This document shows positions 34,176-46,895 of a DNA stretch of 64,000 nt, one piece after another. The position numbers and the translations under genes were made by a program. The stretch comes from Eledone cirrhosa (Eukaryota), in NCBI GenBank assembly GCA_964016885.1, contig OZ024746.1, forward strand, positions 43,834,001 to 43,898,000, given 5' to 3'. Positions within the stretch are counted from its first letter, which is position 1. Every line of letters starts with the position of its first letter. The notes beneath the pieces are model-generated. The model did no database searches. It saw only the letters and a list, made by a program, of their open reading frames with translations, and was not told the origin of the DNA.

Positions 34176-36398
34176 CTCCTACTACAAGAACATTTTCACA
34201 GTGGTTAGAGTATAGATTTATGTTGTTGTGTGTCTATTTTGTTTTTCGTTTTGCAGCTTGGAATGAGAATTGAGCTAACTAGTTTTGTTGTTCTCACAGC
34301 ATACTGGGATTTACTTGCTTCTGCCAAACGTTAGAAGCAGAGAGATATTTATTAAAATACAAATAAGATTGTGCTTGTCACAACTTATATTTTGCCTGAC
34401 ATTAATTACTATTATACCAATGCAGCATGGATTGTGAGTGTATATCTATATGGAATCATATCTATATGTATTTATTGCTGTGAAAATAGGCTTCATGGTT
34501 AGACAGCAAGAATCAACCCAACTAGTATTTCTGTCCTCAGGGCTCAACAGAATTTTCTTACCTCTTCCTTCTACGTTGTCAAACTTAGTACATGACAAAT
34601 ATCTATTAAAACAAACACGATTTAGTGATTTGATTAATATTTTGTAAATTACAGGAAAAAATCCATTTTTACGGAAAAGTTGCATTAAGACAAAACATCC
34701 CTGGAATTGTTTCTCATACTTGTTGACATAAACATACAATTTACTGAACCGACTGATATTTCTTTCTTTTACACATTTGTAAAGATTAAATTGTCACATT
34801 GATGATACCTCATAGTTATTTAATTTTTCAAGAATTTACTTCCACCTTACTGTTATTTGGACACTTAGTGATATATCCACTAATTTTCCAGCCAGTTACA
34901 AAACAATGCACTTCCATGAAATAGTTTGAATAGCAACACATGTTTGAATTCCTCTCCTATGCTTGCATAGGGTAAGAATAAATATTAATTAGCAACTGAT
35001 ATTATTTTTTCTTTTATTGGCTATTTAATCATACTTTGGCTTTCATAGACTTAATTTTATATTTTTATCTAATTTCACTTTTTTGTTTTAGTGTGAGGAC
35101 CACTTCCATCAATATTTTCATTTTTTAACTAATCGTATATCATAGACCATACTGATTTTGACATAAATGCCAATATCTAAAATAATGTTTAGTCATTTAT
35201 ATTTGTTTTGATGATGCCAAAATTTCATGTAACGTTAATTCTTCTGCTTAGTAATTTGGTAACATTACATTTTTTTATACATTATATTGAATTTTAATAG
35301 GAAATATTCACTTATAATTTTCTGAGAAAATGTCATTTCAATATATTTAAATTTCGAATTCATTAAGTTGTAAAACTGATGTTTTTTTTTATATATTGCT
35401 ATATTTTAATGATAAATTAAAATTACTTTGAGAATGTATATTTGTGGTAAGAACTTATTTATATTTATAAAGAAAAGTACAAACTACAAACACAATTTAC
35501 ATATATAACATTTCTGGGTCATTCATTAAAATAACTTAATTGCAGAAATGATATTTACAAAAAACAATAAAATTGAAAACTAAACATCAAAAGGAATACT
35601 GACATATTCACAGATGTAAAAATGTACAATTAGAAAACAAAAATATTAATTTCGTAGAGGGGAAATAGAATTAATGTGAAAACTATTCTAAAATTAAATT
35701 TGAAGTAATCATTTACATCTGTGTAATAAAAACATATTGAATAACACTGAAGATATTTTATAATCAACATCAATTTTAATTACCATATTATGCTATATTA
35801 GTTCCACAAATTTGTTTTGTCACATAATGGACAAATTTTATCTTGTTTCTATATAGTTTTTTCTCATCTTTTTCATAATTACAGCTAGTCAATCTAAAAT
35901 ATCAACCTTTTACATATCACCCTTTGTATTGTGTTGCTTTACTCACAAAAGCTCAGTTTAACGAATTTTAAATAGTTACTGCTTACAATAAGAAGTAACA
36001 ATTAACTACTGTAAGATGTAAGACCTGACTTGGATATTTACAGATCCTAGTGGAGTGGCAGTTTTTACTTGGAACCATATTCTAAATGGAATGAAAACTG
36101 CTCAACAAAATTTAATTGAAGCACAATCCTAATTGTGTAGTTTTCCCAGAAATGTCAAATTTTAAATCAACTTTAGCTGAAGTCATTCAGCCACTTCAAC
36201 TCGTATTTCAACATTGTTGTGGTAATCATGACTGCTACTAAGCTTAAACTACTAAATTTACATTTCTCTGTGGCTAGTTGCTTTATTGTTGTTTAGCCAC
36301 AAGGTAGCCCTGATTAAGCAGAACTGTGATCAATGGTGTTCTAGCAGTGACTAGTAATAGAGTTTTCTTTATAGTAAGAACATATTTCTTTACATTTT

Positions 36399-36434
<36 letters not shown>

Positions 36435-36923
36435 TATATTATAATAATATAGTGTGTGATTTGAGAGAATTTGACTGTTATTCTAGAATGTCACAATCCC
36501 GCAAACAATATCTCTCTAAGTGGCGACCATTTTTGTTACAGTTGTTAATGTTAAATAATCACACACTAGACCTGCTTCAGTAGACCTACAGTACAGAGAT
36601 TAACAGCTAATTATACAAGCCAAATTGTAACTGAACTCAAATTCTTTTTATTGTAGATATATAAGTACTACATTCTAGGATTTAAACATACAGACCACAT
36701 TTTTTATTAGTTATTTTGAAAGTAATCAAGAAACAAGTACAGGGCCTAGAACGCGGGGGTCTTGGTTATGCAATTTTGGTGTTGGTTTCATCATTTTAAG
36801 AGCCCATGATAAGGATGCACAGCATCTTTAAGGAGAAGGAAGAGGGGACATATCAGGTTGTCATATGCGATAGCAAGTCAACAGTCATCATGCACATGTA
36901 TGAATGTATGTATGTATATAAGA

Positions 36924-36965
<42 letters not shown>

Positions 36966-37207
36966 TTATATACATACACACCCTGTAGTGTGATTGGGAT
37001 AGACAATTTCATAAATAAAGAATTAGAAAATAAAGTAATTACGGTGAAAATGAGAAATATCTGATTAATACTGAATTAAATTAAATTAAAGAAAAAATGA
37101 TTAATTTTTTTTTTTTTATAAATTAGTAAAATGAAACAGAAATGTCTGCAATATCCAGTCAATAAATCACTAATATTGAGACATGTCACTAGTGCAGCTC
37201 TTCTCTC

Positions 37208-37541
37208 ATTATTATTAAGTGGATTGAGTTCAAATCTCACCGAGGTTAACTTTGCCTTTCATCCTTACGGGATCGATAAAATAAAGTACCAGTAATACAC
37301 TGGTTAATTGCTGGCCTTGTGCCAAAAGTAGAAACAATTATTATTAAGTGGATTGGCAGTATTGGTAGAGGGTCAGACACCATGCTTTGACGCATGGAGT
37401 TACTGCCCTTTCCCTTCTGAGTTCAAATCCCACTGAGGTCAACTTTGCCTTTCATCCTTACGGGATCGATAAAATAAAGTACCAGTAATGTACTGGGTAA
37501 TTGCTGGCCTTGTGCCAAAAGTAGAAACAATTATTATTAAG
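37208..37541 (+). mobile_element. Tandem pair of SINE family 1 copies (a 5'-truncated copy inserted at the head of a full copy)
   Basis: Two cores; ATTATTATTAAGTGGATTG duplicated at 37208-37226 and 37337-37355; ATTATTATTAAG recurs at the 3' end. Confidence 0.9.
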
Positions 37542-37639
37542 AGCTCATAAACAATACACAGTCATCATACTTATGGTTTGTCATCTCTTCTTCGCTGTCA
37601 TATCTTCTTCGTTGTCAATATGGAGTATTAAATTAGATT

Positions 37640-38330
37640 GGCAGAACTGTTTAAAATAGCCCATTTTCCCACAGTTGTGTTATTTCACACCTCAGGCAAA
37701 ACAATTTGAGTGATAATGGAATCTACCAGTTTCAACATCTGCTATTATTTCTATAATTGATAATCCTCATCTTGTTGAATTGATACTATCTTGATGCTGT
37801 ATATAGGGGATGGAAATGTTAGATGACCTGATCCTGCTGCTATGGAACTCAATACCCTCAACATCAGCGTTGCTTCCACCTGCTGCAAATTTTCTTTCTG
37901 ACTTCAACATTGCAGTTAGGGCTGTCATAAATACTAATTTTATAATCTCCTCTAGCAGGTCATATTTGAATTCTTCCAAGTTGGGCATGGTTGATTTTGA
38001 ATTAATTTTGCTACAAAAATTAACTGCTTGTTCATTTTTGTCTTGCTTTGTTTTAAGCAGATGCAGCCTCTTTTAGTAATGTCTCTTGTGACTGTTACAG
38101 TTTTTACAGCTATTATTAGGTCCTCAAAAGTTCAACTTGCATCATTAATGACCTTTAGATAGATAATGTGGCATAATTTTAATATTGCCTCAATGCCACA
38201 ATTAGGTAAATATAGCTTTTTTATATAACCTTTGTGCCTCTCTTTTTGATGAATGCACTTGCTGTAAATCAAATCATCTATGCACAGGCCTGATCTGGAT
38301 TATCAAGACTGGTATTTAGTTTCGTTTGAC
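37640..38330 (-). mobile_element. Decayed Gypsy-like gag remnant
   Basis: Manual translation: TFEDLIIAV..TKQDKNEQAVNFCSKI..IIKLVFMTAL, then degenerate knuckle NCGKMGYFKQFC; contains stops. Confidence 0.4.
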
Positions 38331-40779
38331 ATCTTCATTGCCAATTGTTTGTTGTGGTTGGTTTTTGTGATTGACCTAGCCGTATACCATAAAGACAAAA
38401 TGGCCCAACATCAAACTAGCAGTCACCTTAACTAATCTTGGCTTCATGCAAGCATAAAACAGTTTTCAATGACATTCCAGCAACTAGCATAACAAACATC
38501 AATTACTATGTATTTCTTTGAAAGGAAAACAAACCTAAGAAACAATTTGAAATTATAATATTGATAGGTACAAAACACTGATAAAATTAAAGTTCAAATA
38601 TTATAACACTCAATAATGGTCACAACACAGTAGTTCATTGAAACATTGCAGTCTTCTGTGAAATACCATAGAACAGTATATCTAACTAATGGAGAGCTTT
38701 AACATGATATTCCAGGGTTTACAAATTGATGTGAAGAAATGTTGTAATGAACAGTGTCATTTATTCCATCTATGCTTCACTTATTGCAAAACCACTAAAA
38801 AGTTGCTTCAATAGTCTATGCTTAAGAGACTAAAATGTATACTGTTGTTCAGCTTGAATAGTTGATTCCTCTGTGGTAAATGTATTTGAAAAATAAATTC
38901 TAGAGAGCTGATGTTCTGGTGGGAAAATACTTTTCATAAATAGTTTTTATTACAATTATAATTGTTCCATTTCTATTCACCACAATGTCATTGTGAATAA
39001 AATCAAATAAAAAGTTTGAACTAATTCTTTTTTATGGAACTAATATTCTTATTTATAACCAGCATTGCCTAGATTCTAGGATAACTTTAAAAAAACGCAA
39101 GTAATAATGGAAAAGAAATATTGGCTCTCTCTTCCATTAGAAACATGAAGTTATTTATGCTTACTGCAATCTTTTTGTAATGTCTGAGAGTAAATTTCAG
39201 ACAAAATAAAATATCAAACCTTTTATTATAGTGTTTTCTCATAAATATTTTCAATTTATCAACTGTTATGCATTAGTATGTGCAGGTTATTCCTACTTTT
39301 TGTAGATAGCAGTCCACTTACATCAGTCCATGGTAAAAGTAAAGCATCTCAATATCCATGCAAAATATTATAATAGGTTGACATTGGTGTTTCTTAAAAA
39401 AAAAAGCAAGGCCTTGCAAAAAAAATAAAAATAAAAACACGGGTTTAGTAGAGATTGCTCAACCCTTTTTTTCCAAGAATTTACTGTTGGGTGACCAGCA
39501 TAGTAGTTAATCTTTAACACTCTGTAACACTCTGCCTAACAGTATTTAGCTTACAGGTAGTTTCTACTGGTGTTGGCATTGCTTGATTGAGTCAAATGAC
39601 AGAAAAGTCAGTGCAAAAATTTAGCAAACTAAAGTGAATCGTTACATCAAAAAATTATAATATAATGACTATCATTGTAGCAAAATTATAAAAGTTACAA
39701 TTTTAGTTGGAATAATTTTTTTCACATTTTTACACAAAAGAAAAAAAAATTAAATAAAAGAAATTTAGATTTCACACTAATTTTGAATATGCTTTAATTA
39801 GAATTCAACGTGAAGAGGAAAGTATAAAAGCAAAACGATGACACATTACAAAAAAGAATAGCAAAACAAATGAAACTATATGAAAAGCTGTCTGGATATG
39901 AAAAGCAAACAAACATGAAACAATTTATAAAATAAGTAGAATTTTCTATAAATATTGTCATGAAAATTGTGTTGCTGCCTCATCTTCAAGAGTTTAAATA
40001 GAGTCCCAGATTTACAGTCAAAGTTCCTAAAAATTATATTCTGATAGTTTCATCCATCCACATTCCACCTATGGAATTATTTTCCAGTTTCCTACTTTCT
40101 TGACCACTACAATTTGCAAAACCTCGAAGGAAACATCAGCTGTCACCTTTTCTCTCCTTGAATTATGTTCTTCCCTTCACAGTAACCTCTTGCCATTTAG
40201 TGGCTTTATTGCCATACATCAGTCAGTTAAAAACAAAAGAATTATAACATATTTCACTGTTATTCAGCTAAGAAATAAAAAATGTCCTCAGCTGTATATA
40301 TAACACTTCAGTTTCTAAGTTAAAGCCAATGAAACTTATATAGTTACAGCTGTATGCATGAAATATTTACAGTTTAACTAAAAAGAATAAATAAATATTC
40401 ATATAATCATATAATGTAGTACTGAAATTCATAAAGATTTTCATTCCAGGTATTCTATGCCCCCCCCCCCCCCACCCCCACCACCACCACCACACACACA
40501 CACACAAAATAGTAAAACAGTGCTATGCACCTATGCTTTGTTTTATGTCTGCATTTCCTGACTAGAGTCTCAATGTCTCAAGATAGGATAACAATGGCAG
40601 CTACCACCATGTAGTAAATGAAAAATTCTCAGACAGTTGATTGTAATTTCTGTTGAAGTTAATCATGTTTCTATATTGATTGTTTCAATGTCAAATTATA
40701 TTAATAGACAAAGGTTCAGTTTTCAAACTAGGAACAATTAAAAAGAAACAGCATTGATTCCCTTTGGTTCCCTGTTTTG

Positions 40780-41150
40780 TTTTTGGTGAGCTTTCAAATG
40801 GCATTAGGGTCCACTGGCCAAAGCACATTGTTTTCCACACGTCCAACAGGAAGAAATGCAAAAGAGACCATATTTGGTAACATTTTGTACCTGGCTACTA
40901 CAATGACTTCTAAGACCAGCTTTACTGAGGCAAACCCAGTCACACTCATTGCACATAAAGTCATTTTGAACATCTGAAATTCCACGTAAATCAATATTGT
41001 TTAGACCCCATCTTTAATTTTTCAGGCAACACATGGGATTTTTCAAATTCCTGTTTTCCTCCAAAATAATCAGCCTAAAGCAATGTCTTCCCAGTTATCT
41101 TCTCTGAATTTTGAGCTCTTCTGATACAGTTTTTATACCTGAGTTTTGGT
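40780..41150 (-). mobile_element. Decayed BovB-like RTE C-terminus with two C2H2-like fingers
   Basis: Manual translation: NWEDIAL..WRK, then FMCNECDWVCLSKAGLRSH and CWTCGKQCALASGP*CHLKAH. Confidence 0.6.
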
Positions 41151-42524
41151 ATATGCATACATACATATTTATAAGATTGATCTTTGGTTATAATTACTTT
41201 TGTCTATAAATATTTACCAATAACAGAACTTACTGAATCCCTATCATTAGTATGGTATAGCAAATATAAATTAGCTTGCAATGAAATTTATATTCTGCTG
41301 TAATTCGTATATAACATTCCCATTCAACTAATAAATACAATAAAACAAACAACTTTTAGTTGATTACACCAAATTAGTAAAATTAGAAAGTAGTACAAGC
41401 TTACCAGAATATTATGGAATATACACTTTGTTAAGCTACTAATATATTTGAAGTCCATATATTCTTAATATGATACATATTGTTTTTTAAAACTCTTCTT
41501 GTTATTAATGACTATTGTTAGCCAATTATCCATAATGATTTTATGAACATTTTAAAGAACAATGATGATATAATTTATTTACTAGTAATAATAGACATTA
41601 TCAAATAGAATCCAAAAATTTAATTTTAAGACAAATAATCAAATAATCAACAGACTTTGACTATATTGAAGAGTTTCAGACAACTGATCAGTGCTTTTAA
41701 TCCAATAGATTAAAATACTTATTCTCTTTTGGTATTGATTTTGTACTGCTCAAAACAGTCTTTAAAAAATGTCACATCTGTATATATTTTTCATATTATT
41801 GCTTGAACTGCTTGAAATGTTTAAAAAGATTTTTTCAGTTGAAAGAAGAATATCTAGAGAAAAACTAATATAATTTATAATCTTTAATATTATAATTCCA
41901 TCCAGTTACTAGTTGTATTGTTCAACGAAAAGATTTTACTTTTGTGAAACTAAAAGCATTTAGAACTATAGATATTAGATTCAAATAAAGTATGAAACAA
42001 ATATAATCACTTAATCCAATGCAGTATTCATAAAAGTAAAGGCTACATCGAATTCCTATATAGAGCACAATATATTTTTACTACTTTCTGTAAATAAAAA
42101 AAACAATAATTGCTTCACTCGTTTTTGCTTAATTCAGTGTGAAAGGAAAGTCAGCATTCAAGATTACTCATTGTATACTAAAAAATGGTCTTATCTACAG
42201 CAAAACTTCTTGCTTAATTTTCTTATAGAAATAGAAAAATAGAATATCAAATAATTTTGTTGATTTGAAGTTCAATGGCTAACATTTTTAGTTACGTATA
42301 TTGACCATCTCGACTGAATTTACTAAAATCAATTTAAATAACAAATTAGGTCACTAATTAGCTTTAAGAAAAATATTAAGTACTTCATATAGATTAGTAC
42401 TTGAATCCCCATATCTGGTCAAGCTCAGTTGTTCCTCTTGGCAGGTGGTTAGCCAAGCGAATTTACTAATATTTAATAGGTGCAGACATGGTTTATTGGT
42501 GTGGGAATGGTCATAGGCACAGGC

Positions 42525-42893
42525 ATGGATATAATTACAGGCCTAGATGTTTGGTTAAGAAGTTAATGTCATAACCACATGTGGTCTTAACTCCGATTCC
42601 ACTGCATGATAACTTTGGCAAGTGCCAGCTACTATATTCTTGAATTGATCAATGATCAATGATTTGTGAGTGAAATCTAGAGGAGGAAACTGGGCAGAAG
42701 CCTGTCAAGAGAGAGAGAGAGAATTTTAGTGTCTGCATTTGACCTGCATAAAGATCAGTGGATAAAATACTATACTTTAAAACAAGTATAGGTTGGCATC
42801 AGGAAGGGTATCAAGCCATTTAACACTGCCTCAAAATTTATTGTACATGCCATAGTTGCATGGAAAAAGCAGATGTAAAAACCAATGATGAAG
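42525..42893 (+). mobile_element. Old CORE-type SINE; related decayed pieces at ~49130-49275 (-), ~52155-52300 (-), ~53030-53130 (+)
   Basis: TGGTTAAGAAG head, TTGGCAAGTG core, TTGTGAGTGAAAT..GGAAACTG..AGAAGCCTGTC, GGTTGGCATCAGGAAGGGTATC, RTE-like tail. Confidence 0.6.
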
Positions 42894-43752
42894 ATATTAG
42901 TGTTGACATTGGTGTTCGCGATTTCTTACTAAATATACCGAAATAAATATATTATGATGTACTTAAAGACAATTAAATTATTATTACTTGCTTTATGTAA
43001 TATACAATTAGATTGGGAACTATAATCAGCATATGAAAAGTCCTGTATCAACAACAAAGTAGTTTTGGCTAATAAAACTCTGGAAAATAGATGTGAAAAT
43101 GTGAAGTGAAAAATATCATTATGAAGATAATGGTGATCAGAATGAATATCGTATAATTCATCATATAACTAAAAACAAAAAGGATTTCTAACTGCCCCTT
43201 ATCCTAGAAGCTGTGAAATACCTTTTGAAGTAATAGATTTTACAACCTATTTTATGTAAACATTGGACAGGTTTACATTACTGGATCAATTTGTTTGCAC
43301 AAATTGATACTACTCTTGGGATTATTAAATCAATTTTCAAGCAGTTCCTATATCAAGTATTCATTTGGGTAAACTGAAACAGAGATTAAGGAATAAGGCA
43401 CAATTTTTCTAAATTTTGATCTAATTAACAACCTTCACAGATTACAAAAGCATTTTGCAATATATATCAATAATAATAATTCAATAAAAATGTATAGAAT
43501 ACATTGATCTTCATTTTTTATGCCAGGGAGACAGAGAAAAGATCTCATTTAGAAGAAAGTTCTCTATAGATGACATGTCATATATGGATGAAATAGGATC
43601 TAAAAGTTATACTATTATTTCCATGGCAGAAGACAATTGATATAGTGGGCAATATCTAAAGACTGAATTTTGTAAATAATTAGTCTGAAAAGGAATCAAA
43701 AGCCAATAGCATTTTTTAGTCCTCCTTGTTTAAGGAATAGGAAAAACTAGAT

Positions 43753-43995
43753 TATCATCATCATTATTATCACCATATTAGAGTCCCTTTTCCATGCTTG
43801 CACAGGATCCTGCCAATCGTTTCGGTCCTTCATCATCTGTGTGAGATCAGCTCTGACAACTTTTGCCCAGATATTCCTTGGTCTCCCTCTACCACAGCTT
43901 CCTTCCACTGGAATTTCTTGGCAGTTCAGCACCCTATGTTTATCGCCCATATGCATCACATGGCCATACCAACACAGTCTCCTCCATTGTGCACT
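43753..43995 (-). mobile_element. RTE 3' fragment
   Basis: RRLCWYGHVMHM..GRGRPRNIW; (CAT)n tail. Confidence 0.85.
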
Positions 43996-45069
43996 ACAGA
44001 AGTTGAAATTGTTCAATTGAATATAGGTAGCTTTCAACAAAAGAAAAAAAAATGGTTTCTATCAATTTATAAAAGCAATGTACCTATCTCTGAAAATCCA
44101 CAATATTTAGTTATGTATTAAATATTTGAAATCTTGATCCCATGCTGTATTATTATTTCTCAGCCTCACTTTTTCCCAACCAAGTCTTCAAACTTACTTT
44201 CTTTGCAAATATATCTTGGTCAATATAGTTAGCATTCATGAAGCAAGTCATACAAAATAAATATATACAAATTGCAAAAGTTTTCACACCCTCTCCAATG
44301 TTTTCCTTTAAAAAGGCCTAAAATGTTAAACAACACAATTTCAGATAATGTTTCAAATTTCTTTCATAACTGTAAACCAAAAATAGTGGGAATTGTATCC
44401 TACATATACTGAAAAATATGACACAGTGACTAAAACTTTTACACCTCTATGTGTAACATGACATATCAACAAAGACATGGTATAAAGTTTTGAAGTGAAA
44501 CCAATAAAAATCCTACAGGAAGCAAGTTGTTGATAGACATAGAAAGTGGTTAACAGTTTTTATAACTTGCTGAAACATGCATAAAAATACACGTATATGT
44601 GCATATGTGTGTGCAATTGTTTCCTAAATTGATTCAGCCTTGCAATAAGAATTATGATTGATGGCAAGAGATAAATTACATAATGCAATTTTATAGTAAA
44701 TTATAATATCTCACAGAATGTTACGTTTTAGAATAACCAATTTTTGAAGTATAAATTGATTTAAATAACTGCAAATACACTTAAAGAATTTCTTAATTGT
44801 TAAATAAAATCTTAATTTAGCCAGTATTTTGAAGTAATAATATGCTTTAAATATCTCTTTCCTTATTATCTTGTCATAAAAAGTTAACAGAAGTTGACAG
44901 GAAATTTTCCATAAAGACTAGGGTGATTATGTTGAAGTATATGCTCAATAACTTTTCATTGTGATAATCAGAATACCTAAAATAAAAGAGATAAAATGAT
45001 GACTGTCATTTTGTATGTTCTGTACATTTATAATGAAAATCTAAAACGTGTGTGTATATATATATGTGT

Positions 45070-46485
45070 AGAATTGACTTCGATGAAATGCAGTTCGGAT
45101 TTGTGTCAGGCAAAAGTACCACAGACGCTCTTTTCATTGTACGACAACTACAGGAGAAGTACCTAGCTAAAAGTAAACCCCTATACTAAGCTTTTGTTGA
45201 CTTGGAGAAAGCCTTTGACAGAGTACCCCGCTCGATTATCTGGTGGGCCCTTAGAAAACTAGGTGTTGATGAATGGCTTGTGAGAGCTATACAAGCCATG
45301 TAGAAAGAAACAGTCAGCAAGGTTAGAATTAACAACGAATATAGTGAAGAGTTTAGCGTAAAAGTTGGCGTCCATCAGGGCTCTGTTCTCAGCCCCCTTC
45401 TATTTATTATTGCCCTTCAGGCTATAACAGAGGAGTTCAAGACCGGCTGCCCATGGGAACTCCTATATGCAGATGACCTAACACTCATAGCTGAATCAAT
45501 GGCCGAGCTAGAGAAGAAATTCCAAACATGGAAGCACGGCCTAGAATCAAAAGGCCTTAAAATTAACCTGGCTAAGACCAAAGTTCTAGTTTATAGGAAA
45601 GAAAATAAGGCGGCGGTCCCTTCCGGGAAGTGGCCATGCTCAGTGTGTAGGAAAGGAGTAGGTAGAAACTCCATTTTGTGTCCGAAATGCAAAGTATGGG
45701 TGCATAAAAGATGTAGTGGGATCACAGGTAAGCTAACTAAGAACATAGATTTCACATGTGGCCGGTGCTCTGGTGCAATAAGTAGCAGCAAGTGCCCACA
45801 AATACTAGCTCTTTCAACTGCGCAGAGGGCTCTATAGAAATAGTGGACAGCTTCTGTTACCTGGGTGACAAAATCAGCAGTGGGGGAGGGTGCTCTGAAA
45901 GTACAGTAGCTAGAGTCAGAACTGGATGGAAAAAGTTCAGAGAGCTTATACCACTATTAGCTGCTAAAGGGTTCTCCCTAAAAATGAAAGGCAGGTTGTA
46001 TGATGCCTGCATACGAACAGCAATGTTGCATGGCAGTGAGACCTGGGCATTGTGTGCAGAGGATATACGCAGACTAGAGAGGAACAAAGCTTGCATGCTC
46101 CGCTGGATGTGTAATAGTAATATACGTGAACGGCAAAGCATAAACGAACTAAGGAAAAAATTAGAAATAAGAGGGATCAGATGTTGTTTACTCGAGAGAA
46201 GGCTACGTTGGTATGGACACGTGATGCGCATGAAAGACGATAGCTGTATAACAAAGTGCAGGGCAATAAAGATAGACGGTAGCCACGGAATAGGCAGACC
46301 CAGAAAAACCTGGGACGAGCTGATAAATTCCGACCTCACACACTTACACCTCTCCAAGACAATGTCACTGGACCGAGACCTTTGGCGGTACTCAGTAATA
46401 GAGAAGACCCGCCTTACCTAAATACATAGTAAAACCTACTACAGTCAGTAGGCATCTCTAACAAAATACACCCCTATCTATAAAT
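45070..46485 (+). mobile_element. 5'-truncated RTE copy, subfamily B-like protein but a different 3' UTR
   Basis: DEMQFGF, AFVDLEKAFDRVPR, HQGSVLSPLLF, LLYADDL, complete C4HC3 insert at 45637-45768, FCYLG, RLRWYGHVMRM; two stops and one frameshift. Confidence 0.94.
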
Positions 46486-46556
46486 AAATATATATATATA
46501 TGGATCTAGCTGTTGAAATGGCAAGAGCCATATATCTATGTATCTATATATATATA

Positions 46557-46895
46557 TCTTCTTCTTTGCCCACTTATTCCTGAGAGGGTCGGGGGGGGCA
46601 GAGTCCTCAAAAATTCTTTCTAGTGGGTCCTGTCAGAAGCAACCACCTTCAACTGATCCAGTTGGATTCCCAAGTGAGACCAACCAAGCTCATGGATGTT
46701 ATCCAACTATCCTACTTGGGGTCTGGCCCTAGGTCTCCTGCTGGTTGGTTTTGCCTGTAAAATATGTTCAGCAATTCTTTGCTGAGATTCTAACCACATG
46801 CCCATAATATCAGAGCTGTGAGCCCTCAATTCAGAGAAGTGGCACTCTATCTAGAGTGACTCCTTCATTTCTAAGCGACACTCTATTTTTACTTT
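46557..46895 (-). mobile_element. 3' end of Rex3/Expander-like RTE
   Basis: Manual translation: YYGHVVRI..RRPRARP..LGWSHLGIQLDQLKVVASDR..LRTLPPRP; (GAA)n tail. Confidence 0.75.
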
